DNA of 64,000 nucleotides, taken from NCBI GenBank assembly GCA_002503545.1, contig DARY01000027.1:4165-68164 (forward strand), in the 5' to 3' direction. Under the pieces are notes generated by a model that ran no database searches, was not told the DNA's origin, and saw only the letters and a list, made by a program, of their open reading frames with translations. The translations under genes and the position numbers were made by a program. The stretch comes from Candidatus Methanomethylophilus sp. UBA78. Lineage in GTDB: Archaea; Thermoplasmatota; Thermoplasmata; Methanomassiliicoccales; Methanomethylophilaceae. Numbering within the stretch: the stretch's first letter is position 1; every line of letters starts with the position of its first letter. Shown here piece after piece: positions 18,803-27,139 of the stretch.

Positions 18803-20827
18803 TTAATTCTCCCTCTTGTAATGGATCATTTCTAATCTTGTAGAAACATCTTTTTCACTAGTTTCTGAAACGAATTCGATTAATTTCTTTATGTTTGTAG
18901 TGCGTCTTATGGCGGTAGAATGTCTGATTCCAGATTTTGATATTATGTCACTCAGATAAACATGACCTTCTTTGGTATGGATGATTAATTGCTGGATTAT
19001 AGGTATTCTGAGTATCAACTTTCTATAGATGTCTGCGCGGTCCTTTATATTCATTTTTGAGATATATTCTCCAAGTGGACTAAGCAGTACATATTTTCTG
19101 TGATCTTTGGGGTCATTAGAGGTTTTTATTATAGCTAAATCCAGCATCGATGCTGTTTTGGCATGGTTCTCTCCGAATTTTGTATTTGATACTTTGTTAT
19201 TTTTGCCTCTGTATAGTTTTGAACCAAGGGTTTCGTAGCTTAATTCTGCATCGCATTCTTTTAAAACATCTATGAGCAGATCAGTACAATAACTCAAATC
19301 GCCGCCAAATTGTGGAATGAATGCGGAATCAATCGAAACATATGGGAATGTATCTATGAGTTTAATTATGTCTGAAATAGAGTGTGATTTAAGAGCCCTA
19401 ATTAAGCGTTCACAGGCTTTTTCAGAATTCGTTCTGCAACCGCATGTTGGATTTTTTCTCACCAGACAATAAAGATCCAAGGTTTTTTCATAATAATACT
19501 TTAGCCATTCGTCTGTTTTGGACGCTACTACGGAGTCCCATGTAATTGAATTGATTATGCAGATTTCACAGGGTTCAGTTTTTATGCGCCCGTAGTTAAA
19601 CGAAAGATCATATTCATTCTCATTTTCATATTTTAAGTAAAAATATTTTTTTGCAATTTCAGGATATTTTGATTCGAAATCTGTCATCGCTTTAAATGCA
19701 GAGCAGTATTCTTCCCCCTTCGTATAGTCCTGATTGGCTTTGCAAAATTCTCCGAATGATTTTTTTTTAAAGAATTGCGGTTGGTTGCACCAGCGGGCCA
19801 GCTGTACGTATACGTCTCTAAATTTACTGGTGTTGTAGTCTTCATAGCGCATAATGTATGGCAGACATCCGTGTTCCATCAGGATTTTGATGCGTTCAAA
19901 TGTGTTGATTACATCGATTAACTCTGGGTCGTAATTCGACAATGTTATGTTGCTATTATGTGGATCATAGGCGCATAAGACATAGAGTTTGGTCGTCTTT
20001 TTACAATATTTACGCCATATCCTAAGTTTCTTTATAATTATGTCTTTATCTTCAATGTGGTCAAATGCGAATATATAATCGCCGTAATACATAGACTGCG
20101 AAAGAATCTTTGCACGTTTTTCCGTAATTAGGCGGATATCTAGCCCTTGTCTGAATTGAAAAGGTTTTCCTGTGAAATTTAATTGGTTCAGTATGTTTTC
20201 CCAATCTTTTCCGCAAGCAAGGATGTTATCATCCCAAAGGTATATTCCGGGTCTTGTTTCATCTAAAAACTCGTTCACATCTGCGTGTTTTTTGCAACGA
20301 GAGTATTTTTTGTTAACACAGAACGAACATTTCCTAAAACAACCTCTTGTCGTAAATCCTATTGAGAAATACTTATAGTCGTTGAAAGATGATTCTTTGT
20401 AGCCCTCCTCCACCATTTTAGCGATATATTCATCATAGAGGGTGTAATCTGGCATTATATGTTCTATGCACGGATCTAGATTTCTCCCTCCATCATTGAA
20501 GAATCCTGTTCCGCCGATTGACAAAACAGGTTTCTTTTTTGGTTCCGTATCCTCTAGTGTTTCAATAATAGACGTGTTTAGTAGTTTTGGGTTGTTGACT
20601 ACTTCTGGAAACTTTTCTGTGATTTGATGAGGTAATTTTGTAAAATTAAAGACTTTTGAAATTATGATAGCATCATATTCTTCTAGATTATTCAGTAAAT
20701 CGCCAAAGATTAATTGAGTGACGTGGCCTTTATCTTTGCAATATTTGCTGATTTTCATTTGAGCCAAGTTGGGATGTCTTGTACCATTATCTATTAGATC
20801 TGCATCGATCATCCCAACTTTTAACAT
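18803..20827 (-). CDS. radical SAM protein with C-terminal putative DNA-binding domain
   Basis: TTRGCFRKCSFC (CxxxCxxC), WDDNIL, QGLDIRL, PYIMRY, LARWCN; additional C-terminal ~170 aa (IPQF...KFGENHAKTA...LRIPIIQ...STAIRRTTNIKKL). Confidence 0.85.
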   Translation of the reverse strand: MLKVGMIDADLIDNGTRHPNLAQMKISKYCKDKGHVTQLIFGDLLNNLEEYDAIIISKVFNFTKLPHQITEKFPEVVNNPKLLNTSIIETLEDTEPKKKPVLSIGGTGFFNDGGRNLDPCIEHIMPDYTLYDEYIAKMVEEGYKESSFNDYKYFSIGFTTRGCFRKCSFCVNKKYSRCKKHADVNEFLDETRPGIYLWDDNILACGKDWENILNQLNFTGKPFQFRQGLDIRLITEKRAKILSQSMYYGDYIFAFDHIEDKDIIIKKLRIWRKYCKKTTKLYVLCAYDPHNSNITLSNYDPELIDVINTFERIKILMEHGCLPYIMRYEDYNTSKFRDVYVQLARWCNQPQFFKKKSFGEFCKANQDYTKGEEYCSAFKAMTDFESKYPEIAKKYFYLKYENENEYDLSFNYGRIKTEPCEICIINSITWDSVVASKTDEWLKYYYEKTLDLYCLVRKNPTCGCRTNSEKACERLIRALKSHSISDIIKLIDTFPYVSIDSAFIPQFGGDLSYCTDLLIDVLKECDAELSYETLGSKLYRGKNNKVSNTKFGENHAKTASMLDLAIIKTSNDPKDHRKYVLLSPLGEYISKMNIKDRADIYRKLILRIPIIQQLIIHTKEGHVYLSDIISKSGIRHSTAIRRTTNIKKLIEFVSETSEKDVSTRLEMIHYKREN

Positions 20828-20977
20828 GATTCGTGAGTAATGTTGCGATCATTTATTTACGTTACGATCTATTGAGAAATTTGTTATTGACATGATTGGA
20901 ATGGGATTTACAATAAGGTAAAGTTTTGAATTGAGCGAGTATAATGAATTTTTCATACCTGTAATTTATCTACAATC

Positions 20978-21154
20978 ATGGGAAACAGAATGGTCATTGG
21001 TTGCCCCTGCTGCGGCGATGCCGAGTCCCCCATCCTGAAGACCTGCTGGGACGAGGACGGCGGCCACATAGAGGTCTACCGGTGCGTCTGCGGTTGCAGG
21101 TTCGCCGTCACCGTCGAGGTGCTCGACCGTCCGTCCGCCGACGGTCAGGTTTAA
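20978..21154 (+). CDS. 58-aa Cys-rich zinc-ribbon protein
   Basis: Manual translation MGNRMVIGCPCCGDAESPILKTCWDEDGGHIEVYRCVCGCRFAVTVEVLDRPSADGQV*; host-like codons; below the ORF-track cutoff. Confidence 0.65.
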   Translation: MGNRMVIGCPCCGDAESPILKTCWDEDGGHIEVYRCVCGCRFAVTVEVLDRPSADGQV

Positions 21155-21179
21155 GACATCCTCCGTCCTCGAGTGTCCG

Positions 21180-21671
21180 ATGTCAGTCGAGATCAGACCG
21201 TTCCGTGCCTCCGATGCGGAGGCCGCCGCAGCCATCTGGAACATTATAGTGGAGGAGGGCAGGGCCTTCCCGCAGGAGGAGGTCCTATCCGTCCCCGAGG
21301 CGGAGAGGTTCTTCGCATCCCAGTCTTACACCGGCATCGCCTTCGACACCGCCACCGGCGAGGCGCTGGGTCTCTACATCCTCCATCCGAACAACGTCGG
21401 CCGCTGCGGGCACATCGCCAACTGCAGCTACGTCGTCCGCCCCGACGTCCGCGGCAGGCGCATAGGGGAGAGGCTCGTCCTCGATTCCGAGGACCGGGCG
21501 AGGGAGCTCGGGTTCCGCATAATCCAGTTCAACGCCGTCGTGGCCTCCAACACCGCCGCCCTGGGTCTGTACGAGAGGCTCGGCTTCTCCCGTCTCGGCA
21601 CGATCCCAGGGGGATTCCGCACCAAAGACGGCCGTTACGAGGATATAATCCCGCACTACCTGGTTTTGTGA
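21180..21671 (+). CDS. GNAT family N-acetyltransferase
   Basis: HPNNVGRCGHIAN, VRGRRIG, QFNAVVASNTAALGLYERLGF. Confidence 0.9.
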   Translation: MSVEIRPFRASDAEAAAAIWNIIVEEGRAFPQEEVLSVPEAERFFASQSYTGIAFDTATGEALGLYILHPNNVGRCGHIANCSYVVRPDVRGRRIGERLVLDSEDRARELGFRIIQFNAVVASNTAALGLYERLGFSRLGTIPGGFRTKDGRYEDIIPHYLVL

Positions 21672-21730
21672 ACGCTCTCCGCCCCGTCTCCGACCCCACA
21701 GTTTAAGCAGTCCTCCGTATAATCCCCCGT

Positions 21731-22993
21731 ATGGAGAAAGGTACCGCGGGAGGCGTGCGCATCGTCGAGAGGGAGGGCGTCTACGGCGTCCTCGCGGGGG
21801 ACGGGAGGTTCTCGCCCGTCTACCGCGTGCCGGAGGAGGCGGACCCCCCGCGCATCCCGCGCTGGGTCTCCGACCTCGGCGGTACGGAGTGGGACTCCTG
21901 CGTCGCCTTCGTCAGGCATGCGGAGCGCCCCGCCCACTTCCTGAGCGACAGGGAGGGGATCGGCTCCACCGACCTCACCCCGCGGGGGAGGGAGGACTCC
22001 CGCCTCCTCGGCTCGCTCCTGAAGGGTTACGATCTGGCACTCGCCTCCAGCCCCGTCTCCCGCTGCGTGTCGACCTGTGCCGGGGTCGCGGAGGGGTACG
22101 GCAGGGATATACCGGTGGATATGAGGCAGGAGATAGGCGGTTTCGGGACCGCCATGTACCTGGACGGCTACGCCGGGTTCTTCTACCGCGAGCCGGGGAC
22201 CACCGCCGTCCTGGGGAACCTCGGCGGACGCCCCATACCGGGCTGGCACCCCCTCGCGGAGTGCGTACGGAGGATGATGGACATCATCGTCCCTTACCTG
22301 TCGAGGGAGGGCACCCTTACCCTGTGCGTCAGCCACGACCTCTTCGTCGCCCATCTGGCGGGCGGGACCACCGGCCGCTTCCCCCTCGACAGGTGGATCG
22401 GCTACCTGGACGGCGTCCTCGTCTGCCGGCGCGGGGAGGAGGTGCGCATCGTATGGGACGGGACCGGCACCCCGTACACGGGCCCTTTCGGGACGGCCGA
22501 CATCTCCCCCTCGAACGCCCCGCGCGATCTGGCACTCCCCGCCTCCGGGGACATCCCCGAGGTGAGGGACTTCCCGCGGGACGGCATCGCGTGGGCCGGT
22601 GCCCCGAGCGACGGCAAGCGCCTCCTCATCGACTCGCGCGGCTACTTCCGCCACGTCTGCGACGACGGCTATCTGGTCTGCGGGCAGACTTATGACTGGG
22701 CAGGGGATTTCATCGACGGCGTCGCCCCCGTGGCCCTCGAGGGGGTAGGGGCGACATTCATCACCGATTTCGGGGACCTTCTGCACAACAGGTGGTTCCG
22801 CGAGGTCAGGAACTACCGCGGCGGGGCCGCCGCCGTCAGGGACCGCGGGGGATGGTTCCACGTGGACCGCGGCGGGGAGCCCCTCTACCCCGAGCGTTAC
22901 GACTCCGTGACCGATCTGGAGGACGGTGTCTGCCTCTGCACCAGGGACGGCGTGACGGTGGAGAGGGGACCCGCCTCTGGCAAACCTTTTTAA
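21731..22993 (+). CDS. histidine-phosphatase-superfamily domain fused to WG-repeat-like C-terminus
   Basis: FVRHAER, SSPVSRCVST, VSHD; C-terminal YDWAGDFIDGVAPV / WFHVDRGGEPLYPERYD repeats. Confidence 0.7.
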   Translation: MEKGTAGGVRIVEREGVYGVLAGDGRFSPVYRVPEEADPPRIPRWVSDLGGTEWDSCVAFVRHAERPAHFLSDREGIGSTDLTPRGREDSRLLGSLLKGYDLALASSPVSRCVSTCAGVAEGYGRDIPVDMRQEIGGFGTAMYLDGYAGFFYREPGTTAVLGNLGGRPIPGWHPLAECVRRMMDIIVPYLSREGTLTLCVSHDLFVAHLAGGTTGRFPLDRWIGYLDGVLVCRRGEEVRIVWDGTGTPYTGPFGTADISPSNAPRDLALPASGDIPEVRDFPRDGIAWAGAPSDGKRLLIDSRGYFRHVCDDGYLVCGQTYDWAGDFIDGVAPVALEGVGATFITDFGDLLHNRWFREVRNYRGGAAAVRDRGGWFHVDRGGEPLYPERYDSVTDLEDGVCLCTRDGVTVERGPASGKPF

Positions 22994-23019
22994 TCAAGTA
23001 CCAGATACGACGGGTTACG

Positions 23020-23106
23020 GCCGAGATAGCCCAGCCCGGTAAGACGCAAGCCTGGAAAGCTTGTGGGAGCAATCCCTCGGGAGTTCAAATCTCCCTCTCG
23101 GCGCCA
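23020..23106 (+). tRNA. tRNA-Ser (GGA), CCA encoded
   Basis: GCCGAGA...TCTCGGC-G-CCA; anticodon arm CAAGC-CT GGA AA-GCTTG; long variable arm; GGGAG-TTCAAAT-CTCCC. Confidence 0.95.
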
Positions 23107-23433
23107 TTATTGCCTTATTACATTAAAATCGAACTCGCAGAGCCGTAAACCATGTCGGTTCTTATCAAGGCTCGCATGGCGTCCGTTGCCATATGTGCAT
23201 TCTATGCATCGCCAGCCACCGTCTGTCCGGTGCCGCCGCATGTGCGGAGAACCCTCTGTCCGCTCCGACCTCCCTCCGGTACTGGGCCATCTTCTGTCCA
23301 GGTTGTTGAGTGTCGATTCCGGCCGGCTCTCTTAACGTAGACGAAAAACCGTGTCCAAAGCAGAAAGTAACCATATGCTACGGTTCACCGCCAAATACTT
23401 ATTGTCTCGGGGCGTCATAAATTCCGAAAGGAC

Positions 23434-23748
23434 ATGTTCGACTACGGGAAAGCAGAGGAAGCAGTCAGGAAGATCATAGCATCTGTGAATCCCAAAATGA
23501 TAATCGTTTTCGGCTCGGTTGCGCGCCGTGAGGCGCGCGACGACAGCGACCTCGATCTCCTGGTGGTTTTCGAGGGAGATGTCGATGAAAAGCAGATGTA
23601 TTATTCAATATCCGGTCTTTTCATCGGTTTGCACCTGCCGTTTGACCTGATCATCATGTCCGAGGACAAATTCAACCGCTACAAAGATGATGGGTTCTCG
23701 TTCACGCACGAAGTGGTTTCCACAGGGGAGATCGTTTATGCCCAATGA
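23434..23748 (+). CDS. minimal nucleotidyltransferase (MNT/MntA-type antitoxin)
   Basis: IIVFGSVAR.EARDDSDLDLLVV motif. Confidence 0.88.
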   Translation: MFDYGKAEEAVRKIIASVNPKMIIVFGSVARREARDDSDLDLLVVFEGDVDEKQMYYSISGLFIGLHLPFDLIIMSEDKFNRYKDDGFSFTHEVVSTGEIVYAQ

Positions 23749-23896
23749 TGATTCGAACGAATCCATCATCGCGGCTGAACAAGACCTCAGCGCTCTGGAA
23801 GATCTTAGACGATTCGGGTTCGGTTTATCGCCGCAATCGTGTACATTCGGATCATCAGAGGTAATCATCGACCATGGAGACGTATTGCTTGCTTGA
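23738..23896 (+). pseudogene. probable truncated HEPN toxin remnant
   Basis: Start overlaps the MNT stop; AAEQDLSALEDL resembles a HEPN first helix, after which similarity is lost; only 52 aa. Confidence 0.4.
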
Positions 23897-24010
23897 TGGG
23901 CTGTGCTGTTGTTCCGAATGTCTGGTATGACATAATTTCCAATGTTTCCGATTGCCATTTCTTATTCCTCGCAATGGTGTATTGAAGAAGTTTAGACAAC
24001 TTGGCAAAAG

Positions 24011-25231
24011 GTGAAAGAGGACGTTACCGCCGGTGCGGTCCACATCACCGGACCCAAGGGGTGCGGGAAGAGTACGACGGGCGCACGCCAATGCGCCACC
24101 GAGTACCGTCTGCAGGACCCCGAGGGCGCGTCCCTGAGGATGCTGGCGGCGACCAAGCCCTCCGAACTGTTCAAAGCCGAGAAACCGATACTGCTGGACG
24201 AGTGGGGGGAGGTCCCGTCCCTCTGGGACGCCGTCAGGAACGAGGTCGACAGGAGCGACACGATGGGCGGTTTCATCCTCACGGGTTCCTCGGTACCCAG
24301 GGAGGAAGGGTACCGCCATTCCGGTGTGGACAGGATGGCGCCCATGAGGATGCGTACGATGTCGCTTTTCGAGTCGGGGGATTCGGACGGCTCCGTCTCC
24401 CTGGGATCCCTGTTCGACGGGGATCTCGAGGTCTCCGGCAGATCGTCCCACACTTTAGGCGACATAGCGTTCCTGATCGTCAGGGGCGGATGGCCCAGGA
24501 GTGTCCGTGTCGACAGGGAGTATGCGCAGGACGTGGTGATGAACTACTACAACGCCACCATCGGGATAGACGCGTTCAGGGTCGACGGCAGGAAGAAGAA
24601 CGTGGAGGCGGTGGACAGGCTCATGCGTTCGTATGCCAGGAACATCTCCACCACGGCATCGATGAAATCGATCATCGACGACGTGATATCCCGCGACAGG
24701 CTGGTCACCCAATCAACCGTGGAGGAATATGTTGATTCGCTGACCAGGCTGTTCATAATCGAGGATGTGCCCGCATGGTCCCATAACGTCAGGTCCAAAT
24801 CGGCGATCAGGACGACGCCCAAAAGGCATCTCGCGGACCCGTCGCTCGCGGCCGCATCCCTGAACATGGACGGGGAGAAGCTGATCTCCGACATGAAGAC
24901 GTTCGGGTTCTTCTTCGAATCCCTCTGCGTGAGGGACCTGAGGGTGTATGCGGACCCTCTGAAAGGCAAGGTGAGGCATTACCGCGACGGCAACGGTCTC
25001 GAGGTGGATGCCATCGTCGAACTGCGTGACGGCAGATGGGGGGCGATAGAGGTCAAGATGGGCGCGGGCGACATCCCCGAGGCCGAGGAGAACCTCGTGA
25101 AACTGAGGGACCTGGTGGTGGACGGAGGAGGCCGGGAGCCGGCCTTCATGATGGTCCTGATATCGGCCGGATACGTCTCGGTGACGGAGAAAGGCGTACT
25201 CGCGGTCCCGATAGGGTGCCTGGGGCCGTGA
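24011..25231 (+). CDS. AAA+ ATPase with DUF4143/PD-(D/E)xK-like C-terminus
   Basis: GPKGCGKSTT, LLDEW, FILTGS, TPKRHLADPSLA, EVDAIVE...AIEVK; N-terminus looks slightly short. Confidence 0.85.
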   Translation: MKEDVTAGAVHITGPKGCGKSTTGARQCATEYRLQDPEGASLRMLAATKPSELFKAEKPILLDEWGEVPSLWDAVRNEVDRSDTMGGFILTGSSVPREEGYRHSGVDRMAPMRMRTMSLFESGDSDGSVSLGSLFDGDLEVSGRSSHTLGDIAFLIVRGGWPRSVRVDREYAQDVVMNYYNATIGIDAFRVDGRKKNVEAVDRLMRSYARNISTTASMKSIIDDVISRDRLVTQSTVEEYVDSLTRLFIIEDVPAWSHNVRSKSAIRTTPKRHLADPSLAAASLNMDGEKLISDMKTFGFFFESLCVRDLRVYADPLKGKVRHYRDGNGLEVDAIVELRDGRWGAIEVKMGAGDIPEAEENLVKLRDLVVDGGGREPAFMMVLISAGYVSVTEKGVLAVPIGCLGP

Positions 25232-25245
25232 CGGCCCCCAGGTGT

Positions 25246-26286
25246 TCAGGACGGGCCCCTCTTCTCGAACACGAGCATCTCGGATTCCCGGTCGAAGCCC
25301 TCTCTCGACACCAGTGCGATGCCGGCTTTGGCAAGCTCCTCTATGTAGACGTCGCCCTCGTTGGAAGCGGCGGCGGAGTGCCTCTTATCCCCCTTCCTGA
25401 AGCCGTCCCATGCCCTCAGATTCCATTCGAGGTTCCGTAAGGCTCCCGTCGTGGCGGCGGCCGTATGGCGCCTGACCGCCAGCCTGCCTCCGGGGCTGAG
25501 TGCCGCGGCGATGTTAGGTACGAGTTTGGGGTCTGAGCAGGCTGGGTTGAAGGATATGAACATGAGGTCGTTGCCCCCGGGAATCGGGTCCTCGTACAGA
25601 TCCCCAGGTACGAGTTCCAGCGGGACACCGTAGTCGCGGCAGTACTTCTCCGCCGTCTTCAGTATTCTTGGGCGGTCGAACACCCTCCCCTTGAGCTCCG
25701 GATGTCTGGCACATAGCCCTATCATATACAGTCCGTGTCCTCCGCCGACGTCGGTCATGGTGCCGGAAAGATGTCCCAGATGCTCTTCCAGGTACGTTAT
25801 CACCTTGCCAGTGGAGCCTCCCCTGGCGCCAGTAGCTATCATCGTTATCCACTTCTCGCCGAAGAACTCCTTCTGGCTCACAATTTCTGGACCATCCTGC
25901 ACGCGCTGTACCAGCGTCTCCCACCCCCTCATTCTCTCGGCGGATGCGGCTATGCTCTCCTTCTGGCAGAAGGGGGACGATTCCGTGAAGAACAGCTCCG
26001 CCGCAGGTGCGTTCGAGTATAGGTCCCCCTCCTTTATGAGGAGTCCCATCTCGGTCAGGCAGTCGCAGAGCAGTCCCGTCATCGCGGGATCGGCTCCAAT
26101 CCTCTTCGCCAATGTTTCCTTGTCGGATGGATGTGCCAGATTATCGAATATCCCCATATTCGCCGATGTCTCCAGCACTCTGAAGGCGCGGTAGCCGTCG
26201 ATGTACTCCTCTATCTTGTTCCTGTACTCTCCCCATTCCGGGTTCGGTACTCTGGCTAGGTCTTTAGGATCATATTTAGTGTTCAT
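25246..26286 (-). CDS. class I SAM-dependent (O-)methyltransferase with N-terminal dimerisation domain
   Basis: MGIFDNL...LAKRIGAD...L..MGLL...YSN; DVGGGHG; VFDRP; PGDLY; coupled to the ABC ATPase gene. Confidence 0.85.
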   Translation of the reverse strand: MNTKYDPKDLARVPNPEWGEYRNKIEEYIDGYRAFRVLETSANMGIFDNLAHPSDKETLAKRIGADPAMTGLLCDCLTEMGLLIKEGDLYSNAPAAELFFTESSPFCQKESIAASAERMRGWETLVQRVQDGPEIVSQKEFFGEKWITMIATGARGGSTGKVITYLEEHLGHLSGTMTDVGGGHGLYMIGLCARHPELKGRVFDRPRILKTAEKYCRDYGVPLELVPGDLYEDPIPGGNDLMFISFNPACSDPKLVPNIAAALSPGGRLAVRRHTAAATTGALRNLEWNLRAWDGFRKGDKRHSAAASNEGDVYIEELAKAGIALVSREGFDRESEMLVFEKRGPS

Positions 26287-27139
26287 GTTCTCCAGTCCTA
26301 TTGGGTCTCCCGGTGAAGATGTGGTCCGCGGCGCTGTGTGGATGGATGTGGTCGCAGATGTGCTCCCTCGCCGCTCTTCCATGCACGGTTCTGCAGGGTA
26401 CTATGACGGGGACGGAGCCGTGGTCAATGACGTCCACATCCATCCCGTACACCCTCTTGACCAATTCCGGGGTGATTATCTCCCTTCCTCCGCAGGCCTC
26501 CATGCGCCCGTCCTTGACGAATACGAGTACGTCCGAGTAGTACGAGGAGAGGTTGATGTCGTGCATGGTCATGACCGCGCAGACGCCGAGGTGCGAGACC
26601 ATCTCCGACACCATTTCCATGGTGCGATGCTGGTTGGTTATGTCGAGGTTGTTGGTCGGTTCGTCCAGCATCATCACCTTGGATTCCTGGGCGATCGCCC
26701 TCGCGATCTGCACCTTCTGGAACTCCCCTCCGCTGATGCGGTCGACGTACTCCAGTGCCAGGTCCCCGAGCCCCATCCTGCCCACCGCCCTGCTGGTGAT
26801 CTCCAGGTCCTTCGCGGTGACGCTGAGGTTCACGTAGGGTTTCCTCCCCAGGAGGACGGAGTCGTAGACGGTCATGTGCACCCTCGGTACCGTCTGCGGG
26901 ACGAAGGCGAGGTTCCTCGCCAATTCGTTCTTCGTCATTTGCGAAACCTCCTTCCCGTCGATGGTGATGCTGCCGCCGTCCGGCTTAAGGATGCCGCACA
27001 TGCATCTCATCATCGTCGTCTTGCCGACCCCGTTCGGTCCGAGGATGGAGACCGTCTGCCCCTTCCCCGCAGAGAAGGAGATCCCGTCCAGCACCTTTCT
27101 GTCACCGAACGAGAAGGAGAGGCCATCGACCTTCAGCAT
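26276..27139 (-). CDS. FepC/BtuD-type ABC transporter ATPase with His-rich tail
   Basis: GPNGVGKTT, ISGGEFQK, LDEPTNNLD, TMHDIN. Confidence 0.92.
   Translation of the reverse strand: MLKVDGLSFSFGDRKVLDGISFSAGKGQTVSILGPNGVGKTTMMRCMCGILKPDGGSITIDGKEVSQMTKNELARNLAFVPQTVPRVHMTVYDSVLLGRKPYVNLSVTAKDLEITSRAVGRMGLGDLALEYVDRISGGEFQKVQIARAIAQESKVMMLDEPTNNLDITNQHRTMEMVSEMVSHLGVCAVMTMHDINLSSYYSDVLVFVKDGRMEACGGREIITPELVKRVYGMDVDVIDHGSVPVIVPCRTVHGRAAREHICDHIHPHSAADHIFTGRPNRTGEHEH

Larger units (their letters stand above)
13735..20975. mobile_element. AT-rich horizontally acquired genomic island (putative defence locus); no integrase or att site seen
   Basis: Abrupt switch from GC-rich to strongly AT-rich sequence at both ends; five co-oriented minus-strand genes with AT-rich codon usage. 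Confidence 0.8.

Noticed and set aside
23993-23995. In-frame TAG upstream of the AAA-DUF4143 gene as a pyrrolysine codon
   Set aside because: The read-through sequence does not resemble the family N-terminus and offers no clear start
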